Assembly (NCBI GenBank): GCA_005223125.1
Contig: NJBH01000010.1
Location: 32,001 to 96,000, forward strand
DNA length: 64,000 nucleotides
DNA from: Promethearchaeota archaeon Loki_b32
Lineage (GTDB): Archaea; Asgardarchaeota; Lokiarchaeia; Sigyniarchaeales; SOKP01
Reading direction: 5' to 3'
Shown: one piece after another, positions 19,808 through 29,387 of the stretch
How positions within the stretch are numbered: position 1 is the first letter of the stretch
Layout: each line of letters opens with the position of its first letter
Made by a program: the position numbers and the translations under genes
The notes under the pieces: model-generated
What the model saw: the letters and a program-made list of their open reading frames with translations, nothing else
Database searches by the model: none
Told to the model about the DNA's origin: nothing

Positions 19808-22207
19808 CTAAATGGATTTCTGTTTACTTTTGAATTTTGTATATAATGCTTTATCTAATAAACGACCAATTTTAATAGCAATTTGATTTCCAATTTCATA
19901 CCTTTCTCCATCGATTAAATTTCTTTTTTGTTCAGCAGTGGGAATTTTTCCCAGTCTCTTCATCAAAGTTTTTTCAATAATATTATTTACAATCTCCATA
20001 ATTTTCTCGTTATCTGGTAATTTAATCTCTGAAGTGAAATTCCTAATTTTTTCCATAGCAAAATTAAAAAATTGGCTGATCAATTCAACTGGATCTCCTC
20101 TTAATTCACTATGAAGTTTTATATTATCAGTAGCTATTTTTGTATCTTTTTCTTGCCAATACAACTGATTTGGATTAATCCCTGGACTATTTATTCTCAT
20201 TAGGGAACTTGTGATTCTGCGTTCAATCCAATTTAAAGTACTTAATTCTTGTTCCTCACGGAGTTTTTTAGCTTTTTCTTCTTTTTCTTTCTCTTTAGAC
20301 TCAATGATGCGTTCTACTTCTGATTTCCGGATTTCTTCAAACTTTTCAAATCGTTTAATTATATCATATCCTATACAATATGAAATTGGAGATATTAAAT
20401 CAGATTTCAACTTTAATTGAGCAATATCTTCATATATTGGACTAGGTTTGTTTTTTAATTCAGAACTTGCTTCTTTTAAAGATATTTCCATGAGTCGTGC
20501 TAAAATGAATCCATTAACTAAAAAGGGTTGGTTATTTGCGTTAAATACAGTAACTAATTCTTCTTGTCTTCTAATTAAACGTTTTATAATCAATTCTTCG
20601 AGTTTAATTTTAATCCAATCTTCTGAATCAGTAGTTCCATCTATTTTCTTTAATGCTAATAAATATAAAGATCTATCATTAGAAACCTTAAGATATAATT
20701 CTATTATCCTACTTAGTTGTCTCAATATCTTTGATAAAATATAAAAGAAAATATCTTTTGCTAATTCATTTATAATCTCGTCAAACTCTAAAATAAATAA
20801 TAATTGAGAATAATTTTTTAATTTTAATTCATCTAAAAAGACTTTATCAATGGCTTGTTTTTTTCTAATGTATTGCCTTAGATTATTTATAGTTATTCCT
20901 GTTTTCTCTTCCAAAATTCTTGGTAAATTCGGATATTTATCAATGTCTTGATTTATAAGGTTTAATAGGCCAAATTCAGAGGTTGCGTTTGATTCATCAA
21001 CAATATCTCTAAGATCTTGAAAATTTAACTGAGATAATGCTTTTTTTGCTACAAATATTAAATTCTTTTTATTGTCATTTAAAGATACAATATCGAGTTT
21101 CTTAATATTATATCTTACCATATTTCTTTTCACTTTTTCTGCAAGATCTTCATCCACATTAAAGAAATGTAAAATATTATACACTCCATATTTTTGTAAT
21201 GTGTAGATTATATCATCAAAACCACATTCATTTATACATTGTAAAAAATAGATGAAATCATTTGGATTTTTTTTTAATTTTTTAATTAATACGAATTTTA
21301 AAAAGTTTAAAATTTTTAATTCGAATTGATCATAATCTATTTTTTCTTTTAGACCATCTTCAATTTTTTTTATTAAGTCTTTTTTTAGGTTATTCGCCTC
21401 TATAAATGTATTCAAACCGGGGATAGATATCGGAAATCGGTCTAAATTGAAATCTAGTACCTTTCTTTTTATCATTCTTACTGGCATTGCTTCAATTTGT
21501 AATTCTTTATATGATTTAAATTCAAAATCAGTTTGTGTTTTATTGATTAATCGATCTAAAGTTGCTAATTCGATGAATTTATCTTCTTTTTCCTCTAATT
21601 CTAATTTCTTCTCTAATTCAACAGAGATGTCCTTAAAAGCAGCAGTTTCTTCTAATATTTCCTTTTTTATTTTATTACTTAGACCTATCAAATCACCTAT
21701 TAAATCATAAAAGTAGAATGGGGGATAATTCCTTATGATTTCTTGTAACTCTTGTTCAATTTGAACCTCAATGTCTTTAATCATTTGTTCTTTTTGAATC
21801 TCTTGGGTTTTTTCATTTCTTACTTCAATTAAAAAAGATATAAATTTATTCTCTAAATCAATTATCTTATTGAGAAGATTAACTTCTAAATTTAAAGAGT
21901 TTTTTAATATTGAGTTAACCTCCTCAATTAGGATCTTTTTTTCTGCAATCTCTAAATTTTTAGTGGAATCGAAAGTAAATTTATCCATATCTAAGAGTTT
22001 CTGAACTCGAATTCCTAAACTGTGATAGATATGAATAGTAGCGGTAGCTATTAACAAATCATTAAAGTTAGTTTTCTGACTAATAAGTTCAAAGATTTTA
22101 TTTTTATCAGCTTCCCTTTTAAAATGAGAAATTATTAAATCAACAGTCTGAAAAAATCTAAACGTACTTTCAACTGCTGTTGTTTTTCTTTTTACTCCAC
22201 TAATCAT
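19808..22207 (-). CDS. Hypothetical protein, 799 aa, largely helical
   Basis: Long ORF; ATGA overlap with upstream gene and GGGTGA RBS. Confidence 0.75.
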   Translation of the reverse strand: MISGVKRKTTAVESTFRFFQTVDLIISHFKREADKNKIFELISQKTNFNDLLIATATIHIYHSLGIRVQKLLDMDKFTFDSTKNLEIAEKKILIEEVNSILKNSLNLEVNLLNKIIDLENKFISFLIEVRNEKTQEIQKEQMIKDIEVQIEQELQEIIRNYPPFYFYDLIGDLIGLSNKIKKEILEETAAFKDISVELEKKLELEEKEDKFIELATLDRLINKTQTDFEFKSYKELQIEAMPVRMIKRKVLDFNLDRFPISIPGLNTFIEANNLKKDLIKKIEDGLKEKIDYDQFELKILNFLKFVLIKKLKKNPNDFIYFLQCINECGFDDIIYTLQKYGVYNILHFFNVDEDLAEKVKRNMVRYNIKKLDIVSLNDNKKNLIFVAKKALSQLNFQDLRDIVDESNATSEFGLLNLINQDIDKYPNLPRILEEKTGITINNLRQYIRKKQAIDKVFLDELKLKNYSQLLFILEFDEIINELAKDIFFYILSKILRQLSRIIELYLKVSNDRSLYLLALKKIDGTTDSEDWIKIKLEELIIKRLIRRQEELVTVFNANNQPFLVNGFILARLMEISLKEASSELKNKPSPIYEDIAQLKLKSDLISPISYCIGYDIIKRFEKFEEIRKSEVERIIESKEKEKEEKAKKLREEQELSTLNWIERRITSSLMRINSPGINPNQLYWQEKDTKIATDNIKLHSELRGDPVELISQFFNFAMEKIRNFTSEIKLPDNEKIMEIVNNIIEKTLMKRLGKIPTAEQKRNLIDGERYEIGNQIAIKIGRLLDKALYTKFKSKQKSI

Positions 22208-24510
22208 AAATCACTCACCCATTCTCTATATACTTCTTTAAAATTATTTGATATTTCGAATCTAGCATTATTATGCCAAAATTTAAAATCTATTATGTGA
22301 AATAAATCACCCTTAAACTGTTCTTTTTCTTCATTTGTTAAAATATGCTTTAGTGTTACTGTTAAAGGTCTTGGAATTAATTTTGAAAAATATTTTTGTT
22401 CAGTATTTTTAACATAATCATAAAATGTCTCAGCCCCATCTAGATTAAAATAATTGAAAGGAAGAGTATTCTCTAATTGTGGATTTAAATTATCTAATTC
22501 ACTTTTAACATTTATTTTAACGTACTTCGGAAATTCGGTATTGATATCAATACTTAGTTCAAATTTTTTATAGAATTCAAATAACAAGTTTTTTTCTTCA
22601 GAATCAGTTATTTTTGCTATATATACATTCAAAAATTTTAGGAAATTTTCAATTTTTTGTTCATTTAATTCTCTCTCTTCAAAATATCCAATAAAATCAT
22701 TGTAGACTTCTGTCAATGTCCATTTTCTTTGTTCTTCCGGTTTTAGATATTTCTTAGAATAATCTTTAATCCAATCAAGAATATAAAATTTCCATTCAAG
22801 ATTTATACCTCCAATTCTCTTTTCTAAAAATCTATGAAATCTATTTGAAAAAGTCACAGGATCACTGATTTCTTTATCAGGTTCCTCCTTAATATAGCGA
22901 TTTATTGTAGAGTGCCTTAAAACATAGCTTATTAAATAATTTAATTCTCTTGAAAATTTCTTAAATTTATCTATATGAATATTTATTTTATTTATGCTTG
23001 TTTCCATCTGGATCTCGGTAAAAGATACTAAATCATCTATCTTTAATTCAATATCATCAAAGAAAGTATCAATATTTTCATTAATTAAGAAATAAAATTC
23101 TTTAATTATCTCTTTTTCATTAAATATAAGATTTTTTTCAAGAAGAATTGAATGTGTTTCAATTTGGTTGAAAAGAGATTCTTTAAATTCACTTATTAAT
23201 TTCTGTCCTAATATTTTTGCTGGTTTTTGTTCTAAGTTAAATTTTGCATATAAATTATTCATTAATTTTATAGTTAGAGATTTCAATCGACGATAAGAAA
23301 GATATTTTGGCAGTGATATTTTAACTAAATTAAGACTTTTAGTGATAATTTCTGAAAAATAACTAAAAATAGAACTCAATTCTATAATTCGTAAACTTTC
23401 TTTTTGAGTTATTGTTTGTTCGATAAATCTTTTTGCTATATTACATATATTTTCGAAATCTTCGTTTTCTAATTTTCCTTTACTCAAAATAAAATGAATG
23501 TATTTAGTTAGTAATTCGTTTAAATCCCCCATTTCTCCTGTACTCAGAAAAGCTCTAGAATATTCCAAAAATTTATTTAAATATCCTTGTAAATTAATTA
23601 TCAATTTATTTACATTAGAAATTAGCCATTCTGCTGTATGAGCATCACTATATTCATTTATTTTATTGTTAATATTATTAATAATAAAAATTATTATTTC
23701 ATCTTGGGATTCATCTAAAGTACCTGTGTTTGCTAAATTGATGAGATTAGTTCCTAAATTTAAAGTTTTATCTACGATAAAATTCGCACTTGGTTCTGAT
23801 ATTGAATACTTAAGATGTTCAATAGCTTGTTGCCCGCTAAATGGTGTTTTAATCTTTTGAAACTTAGGTTTTGAAAAAATAATCTCCATAGGTTTTTTAT
23901 ACCATAAAATCTCAACATTAGAGATGACTTTTGCATATGTATTCAACATATCCTTTTCTGTAGGGAGAGTTCTGCTTAAACCAATCAACTTTTTATTCCA
24001 TTTGTCTTCAATTAGTTCTCCATAGAGTTTTTTACTAAATCTAGAAGCATATTTGTTATATACTAATTGCTTTTCCTCATTTTTTAATTCTGGTCGATCA
24101 GAAAATTCTTCTACCTCAAAAAATAATTTACTTATGTTATTAAGTGATTCTCTAGATTTATGAATGTCTAATACTCCTGTTTCTGGTTTTAAAGCAAGTA
24201 ATAAACTTTCACAATCTTTAAATTTGCCTGGAATAAAAATCATTGATTGAGGGTATATGTTAATTCGAGCACTTTTTTCATCTATATTATATAGTTCAAA
24301 CTCAATACTAAACAACTCTGCTCCCGTGTAATCCCGTAATATTGCATTATACATGGTCAAGAATTTAATCACTTCTTGGGCAAGTTCATTTACTCTTTTT
24401 CTTGTTAACCTTCCTGGACCAATTACATCTCCAGCAATAACATCATTAGGAGACGAATATCCGAATATTATTGAAAATTGGTAACTTATTGATTCGCGTG
24501 TTGTTATCAT
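22204..24510 (-). CDS. Hypothetical protein, 768 aa
   Basis: Long ORF, translationally coupled to 19808-22207. Confidence 0.75.
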   Translation of the reverse strand: MITTRESISYQFSIIFGYSSPNDVIAGDVIGPGRLTRKRVNELAQEVIKFLTMYNAILRDYTGAELFSIEFELYNIDEKSARINIYPQSMIFIPGKFKDCESLLLALKPETGVLDIHKSRESLNNISKLFFEVEEFSDRPELKNEEKQLVYNKYASRFSKKLYGELIEDKWNKKLIGLSRTLPTEKDMLNTYAKVISNVEILWYKKPMEIIFSKPKFQKIKTPFSGQQAIEHLKYSISEPSANFIVDKTLNLGTNLINLANTGTLDESQDEIIIFIINNINNKINEYSDAHTAEWLISNVNKLIINLQGYLNKFLEYSRAFLSTGEMGDLNELLTKYIHFILSKGKLENEDFENICNIAKRFIEQTITQKESLRIIELSSIFSYFSEIITKSLNLVKISLPKYLSYRRLKSLTIKLMNNLYAKFNLEQKPAKILGQKLISEFKESLFNQIETHSILLEKNLIFNEKEIIKEFYFLINENIDTFFDDIELKIDDLVSFTEIQMETSINKINIHIDKFKKFSRELNYLISYVLRHSTINRYIKEEPDKEISDPVTFSNRFHRFLEKRIGGINLEWKFYILDWIKDYSKKYLKPEEQRKWTLTEVYNDFIGYFEERELNEQKIENFLKFLNVYIAKITDSEEKNLLFEFYKKFELSIDINTEFPKYVKINVKSELDNLNPQLENTLPFNYFNLDGAETFYDYVKNTEQKYFSKLIPRPLTVTLKHILTNEEKEQFKGDLFHIIDFKFWHNNARFEISNNFKEVYREWVSDL

Positions 24511-24932
24511 ATTCTAGTTTCATTAACCATATGTAATTCCTAAATTAATAAATAATTGGTTTTAAATATTTAACCCAACTTTAAAAAAATTAAATGGTTG
24601 ATTTAAATATTTTTAAGTTTATAAAGTATTAAAATTTACTTTTGAATTGTATATAAAGTCCTCGTATAAAAATATTATAGTAGGAATGAGATAATTGAAA
24701 AAAAAGCTATTTAACAACATAATTTTTTTAGATTATGCAAAACTTGAAGTCTGAGAGATATTAAGAATAGAATTTACCGCAAATTTCAAATTTAAGTGAA
24801 TTTATAAACCTTGATTATTAATTTCATATTATCAAGAAAGTTCATGTTTTAAAAATAAAAATATAATAAGAAAAAAATTATTATATTTATAATAATAAAT
24901 ATAAAAGCTAAAAGCACTTAAGGTGTAAGCTT

Positions 24933-25337
24933 ATTCAATTCGGGTCTGATTTAGGAATCAATCAAGAGGATATCGAGAAGATAAGTCCTCAAATTACATT
25001 TATTACCTCTAACGCAGATATTGAAGCGATTGCGCTTGTAAGTTTTGAAGGATATCAAATTGCTTTCTCTGCTTTACCACAATATCATGTTGATGGGGAC
25101 CAATTTTGCGGGCTTGCTAGCGCATTATTAATGACAGGTAGATCTACAATTCAAACTGTATTTCAAGAAGATCTAAGTGAAATAATAGTAAGAGCTGAAA
25201 ATGGATATATTATTATTACAAATGCGGGAAGGTTAGTAATTGTTTGTGCTGGGACTATAATTGATACCCTAATGAAGACTGTAAAAGTTATGAGAATAGC
25301 GGCGAAAAACCTCTATAAAATTTTTGAAAGCCGTTAA
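24933..25337 (+). CDS. Roadblock/LC7 (MglB/LAMTOR-like) domain protein, probable ATT start
   Basis: Frame open from 24912; upstream extension gives IEAIALVSFEGYQIAFSALP...GLASALLMTG...LSEIIVRAENGYIII, a complete roadblock pattern; AGGTG RBS at 24921-24925 sits 7 nt before ATT. Confidence 0.8.
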   Translation: MQFGSDLGINQEDIEKISPQITFITSNADIEAIALVSFEGYQIAFSALPQYHVDGDQFCGLASALLMTGRSTIQTVFQEDLSEIIVRAENGYIIITNAGRLVIVCAGTIIDTLMKTVKVMRIAAKNLYKIFESR

Positions 25338-25500
25338 ATTTAATTATTCATTTTAGTTCCTTTAAAATTCTTGTCTAAGTTTAATTCTAAAGAAAAAATT
25401 TTGAATATTCAAACTATTTTTACCAAATAACAATAGATTTTTATTTATTAATGTATGTATAATTGAAATAAAATAAAGAATTAGTTATTTTTTTGTTATA

Positions 25501-25551
25501 ATGGCAACTGTAAAAAATATCACTTGGCAGTGGCCTTGGCGTTGGCAATAG
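25501..25551 (+). CDS. Trp-rich leader peptide MATVKNITWQWPWRWQ upstream of trpB2 (TrpL-like)
   Basis: ATG-initiated 16-codon ORF with four TGG codons in its last eight, 150 nt upstream of trpB2, same strand. Confidence 0.8.
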   Translation: MATVKNITWQWPWRWQ

Positions 25552-25620
25552 AGCCAATTGCAATGGAGTTTACTTAAATTTATTTTTTCATTTTAATATT
25601 TTTTCTTTAAATATTAAAAC
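25542..25620 (+). promoter_or_regulatory. Putative attenuator: hairpin TTGGC-AATAGA-GCCAA followed by U-rich tracts
   Basis: GCCAA (25553-25557) can pair with any of three TTGGC copies within the Trp codons; T-rich runs at about 25579-25610. Confidence 0.45.
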
Positions 25621-25701
25621 CTCTTTCTAAATGAGCATTAATCATATTGGTCTCCAATATTTTAATGATACACATCTTAAGATGTGAAAAAATGATTAAA
25701 A

Positions 25702-27117
25702 ATGGGAACCAAAATGATGGATTATTATAACGGTAGAATTTTATTACAACCAAATGAAATTCCAAAAGAGTGGGTGAATATTTTACCAGATTTACCCTCA
25801 TCTATGACGCCCTTGATAAACCCAATGGATGGGAAGCCAGTTCCACCAGAAATGGCATTCGCTATATTTCCTAAAGAATGTGTTTTACAGGAAGTTTCGC
25901 AAGAACCTACTATTCCTATTCCTAATGAATTAAGGGAATTTTTTGCTAAAACTTATCGACCAAGTCCACTCCACCGTGCTTTGGGATTAGAAAAAGACTT
26001 AGGATTAGAAGGAGATAAAATAAAGATTTTTTATAAAAATGAATCTGTATCTCCAACTGGATCACACAAACCAAATACGGCAATAACCCAAGCATTTTAT
26101 GCGAAAAAGGAAGGAACGGAAGAATTAGTCACCGAGACGGGAGCAGGGCAATGGGGTTCCGGATTGGCATATGGATGCAATTTATACGAACTTAAATGCA
26201 CTGTATATATGGTAAGAGCGAGTTTTATCCAAAAACCAGGAAGAAAAATTCTTATGAGAATTTATAATGCTGAAGTACATGCAAGTCCTTCTAAATTTAC
26301 TGAATCTGGAAGAAAATTTTTAGAAGAGGATCCAGAGCATGATGGAAGTTTAGGTATTGCTATATCTGAAGCATTAGAACATAGTATGCGAAGTGATAAA
26401 ATTAAATACTCTCTTGGAAGTGTAGTCAATTTTGTTCTTCTACATCAAACTATTATAGGACAAGAAGCAAAAATGCAACTAGCGAAAATAGGTATTGAAA
26501 AGCCCGATATTGTAATTGGATGCATGGGAGGAGGATCTAATTTTTCAGGTTTAATGATTCCATTTGTAAAAGATAAAATCAATGGCGTTCATCCAGATAT
26601 AGAAATAATCGGTGCAGAACCCCGTGCTTGTCCAAGTATTTGTAAGGGAGAATATAGATGGGATTATGGAGATACAGCTATGAAAGGCCCTATTGTAAAG
26701 ATGCATACATTAGGACATACCTTTATACCAACTCCAATCCATGCAGGAGGATTAAGATATCACGGAATGGCACCAATAGTCTCAATATTATACAACAATA
26801 AATTAATTAAAGCAACAATGCATCATCAAACAGAAGTTATAAGAGCGGGAATTAAATTTACTCATACTGAAGGAATAATTCCCGCCCCAGAATCTGCTCA
26901 TGCTATAAAAGAAGCAATTGATCAAGCTTTAAAAGCTAAAGAAAATAATGAAAAGAAAGTCATTCTATTCAATCTCAGTGGTCATGGCTTTTTTGATTTA
27001 TTAGCTTATAAAGAATATATGACTGGAAATCTTGTGGATTATGAATTGCCTACTGAAGAAATTCAGAAAGCCTTAGCTTCTATTGAGATGCCAAAAATCG
27101 ACGATACTCAATTTTAA
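25702..27117 (+). CDS. trpB2: Tryptophan synthase beta chain type 2
   Basis: SPTGSHKPN (PLP lysine), TETGAGQWG, GGGSNF, HAGGLRYHG, PAPESAHA, FNLSGHG. Confidence 0.95.
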   Translation: MGTKMMDYYNGRILLQPNEIPKEWVNILPDLPSSMTPLINPMDGKPVPPEMAFAIFPKECVLQEVSQEPTIPIPNELREFFAKTYRPSPLHRALGLEKDLGLEGDKIKIFYKNESVSPTGSHKPNTAITQAFYAKKEGTEELVTETGAGQWGSGLAYGCNLYELKCTVYMVRASFIQKPGRKILMRIYNAEVHASPSKFTESGRKFLEEDPEHDGSLGIAISEALEHSMRSDKIKYSLGSVVNFVLLHQTIIGQEAKMQLAKIGIEKPDIVIGCMGGGSNFSGLMIPFVKDKINGVHPDIEIIGAEPRACPSICKGEYRWDYGDTAMKGPIVKMHTLGHTFIPTPIHAGGLRYHGMAPIVSILYNNKLIKATMHHQTEVIRAGIKFTHTEGIIPAPESAHAIKEAIDQALKAKENNEKKVILFNLSGHGFFDLLAYKEYMTGNLVDYELPTEEIQKALASIEMPKIDDTQF

Positions 27118-27224
27118 ATTAAATTTTACTTCGCTTTTTTTTTTAATAAACATTACCAATCAACGAGAAAATCTTAAAATCAAAGAATCTTTTAAATAGT
27201 AAAACCTCTTGAGATTGGCTGTTA

Positions 27225-28295
27225 TTGAACGTTCTTTCAATACTAATTTTGAGTATTTTATATTCTTATGGAATTATACTTCTTTATATAACCTATTTGG
27301 CGAGAAAGAAACGAGAAATGGGTGCATTTACCAATAATTTAGCTAATGCTATAATTCTAATAATTTCAATTACAATTAATGTTATTTTGATTACAGTTTT
27401 TAATCTTTCAGACGAAGAGTTCATAATTTTTCCTTTCAATGCTTTAATGATTGGATTTGTTATAGTTTTTTTTCCTTTGTTTTTTCTTTTTGTTAGACGT
27501 GAGAATATAAAAATAAAAAAACACATAGAGAACTCAAATAAGACTGAAATTCAATCGTTAAAAGAATTACCTCTTAAATATGATATTTATAGAAAATTAA
27601 CTCATTTAGTGGCGCTAGGAGTAATTTTCTTCTATTTTACTCTTGGATTTTTAATCCAAAATGTATTTGTGGATCTACTAGAATTTATTCCAGGATTCAT
27701 TTCCAGAATATTTCAAATTGGAGGTGATATTATGATCTTTACTCAAAATTTAGTTGTATTTTTAGTTGGAATTTCATTAATTGGATTATTAACAGCGGAT
27801 ATTGTAAGAATATTAGCACCAAAGATATATCCTTTGAAGCAAGTCAATCAAATACTACGAGAAAAAGAATTACATTTAAGGTTAGGACCTCATATTTCTA
27901 TGGGGATTGGATGTTTTTCAATCATTTTGCTATATGGTTTAATTCAACCGATAGGGCCTGTATTAATTTGTACTTCGATGGCAATGTCTATTTTTGGAGA
28001 TACATCGTCTAATTTAGTCGGTAGGATGATAGGGCGTAGAAAAATTAGGAAAATAAACAAAACTTATGAGGGATTAGTTGCTGGCATTATTGTCTCCTTT
28101 TTCTCTGGAATCTCAGTATTATATCTACTAAGAAATTTTTATAGTTTCAATATTTTAGGATTGTTATTAATTCCTTTTATAGGAGCAATGATTATTGGTT
28201 TATTGGATTATATAGACTTAGAGATTGATGACAATCTATCTTTTAACTTCTGTTTGTCAACAATATTCTTTACTATTTCGGTTTCATTTTTTTGA
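27225..28295 (+). CDS. Dolichol/phytol kinase-like CTP-dependent polyprenol kinase
   Basis: Polytopic membrane protein with RKLTH, GDTSSNLVGRMIGR, KTYEG and IDDN motifs. Confidence 0.8.
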   Translation: MNVLSILILSILYSYGIILLYITYLARKKREMGAFTNNLANAIILIISITINVILITVFNLSDEEFIIFPFNALMIGFVIVFFPLFFLFVRRENIKIKKHIENSNKTEIQSLKELPLKYDIYRKLTHLVALGVIFFYFTLGFLIQNVFVDLLEFIPGFISRIFQIGGDIMIFTQNLVVFLVGISLIGLLTADIVRILAPKIYPLKQVNQILREKELHLRLGPHISMGIGCFSIILLYGLIQPIGPVLICTSMAMSIFGDTSSNLVGRMIGRRKIRKINKTYEGLVAGIIVSFFSGISVLYLLRNFYSFNILGLLLIPFIGAMIIGLLDYIDLEIDDNLSFNFCLSTIFFTISVSFF

Positions 28296-28350
28296 ATAAG
28301 TTGTATTTATATGACTATCATAACTTTTTTCAATCAAGATAATTTCTTTA

Positions 28351-28860
28351 ATGAAGATGTTAGAAGAAAAATTAAAAATTGATAAAATATCCAAAGGATC
28401 CGTTATTGACCATATAGATGCGGGATATGCTTTAACTATTCTAAATCTTACAGGGATAGATGAATCTAAAAATTTAATGACAATTGGAGTTAACGTTTCG
28501 TCAAAAAAATATACAACAAAAGATATAATAAAAATTGAAAATGTTTTTCTAAACGAAACTCAAATGCAGCAAATATCTATACTTTCTCCTAATGCTACTA
28601 TTTCTTTAATTGAAAATTATAAAGTTATTGAAAAGAAAAAAGTGAAACTTCCACAGATAATTAAAAAATTAATTTTATGCATTAATCAGACATGCATTTC
28701 AAATTCGGATGAACCAATTGATACTGAATTTTTAGTATTAGAAGAAAAACCCTTGAAAATACAGTGTGTTTATTGTGAACGTATATATAAGTTAGAAGAA
28801 ATAGTTTTTACCTCAAAAGAAAAGAAAGAGAAAAAAGTAATACAAAGAATTAATCTATAA
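28351..28860 (+). CDS. pyrI: Aspartate carbamoyltransferase regulatory subunit
   Basis: GSVIDHI, KDIIKIE, SPNATI, Zn ligands CINQTC...CVYC. Confidence 0.95.
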   Translation: MKMLEEKLKIDKISKGSVIDHIDAGYALTILNLTGIDESKNLMTIGVNVSSKKYTTKDIIKIENVFLNETQMQQISILSPNATISLIENYKVIEKKKVKLPQIIKKLILCINQTCISNSDEPIDTEFLVLEEKPLKIQCVYCERIYKLEEIVFTSKEKKEKKVIQRINL

Positions 28861-28875
28861 AAAAAATTCTTATTT

Positions 28876-29316
28876 TTATGTAAAGAGCTCAAGAACGGAT
28901 GAAAAACCGGGAATAAAATATAGAGTTGTGTGAATAAAAACCCCAACAATCATAAATAAAAAGAAATAAATTCCAATCCCGGGTAAGATTATATTTTTCC
29001 AATACCATTCTTCTTTATCATATTCATATCTAAAAATTATAAAACTAACAACAAAAGGAAATAGAAACCACCACGCTAGCATCCATAAGAATAAAAACCA
29101 GCCGATAAATCCAAAGATAAGTCTTCCTAGCAAAGCACTAAGTGCTCCAGTCAGTGCGCGAATCCAATATAATTTTGTTTCCTTTTCTAAACGAATATCT
29201 AATGCTTTTGTTGGTTTTTTTTCAGTTTTAATTGATTTTTGTTGTAGTTCTTTCCTCTTCTCTTTTAATAGTCGTTGTCTCCTTTTTCTAATATCTACCT
29301 TCTTATGCTTTCCCAT
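28876..29316 (-). CDS. EMC6/Rab5ip-like three-TM membrane protein
   Basis: LYWIRALTGALSALLG and GIGIYFFLFM resemble the EMC6 family; basic N-terminus. Confidence 0.55.
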   Translation of the reverse strand: MGKHKKVDIRKRRQRLLKEKRKELQQKSIKTEKKPTKALDIRLEKETKLYWIRALTGALSALLGRLIFGFIGWFLFLWMLAWWFLFPFVVSFIIFRYEYDKEEWYWKNIILPGIGIYFFLFMIVGVFIHTTLYFIPGFSSVLELFT

Positions 29317-29387
29317 AATTATTATTATAAATATTATTTATTATAAAAATCATTATATATCTTGACAAACTAAAAATTAAACGTAAA

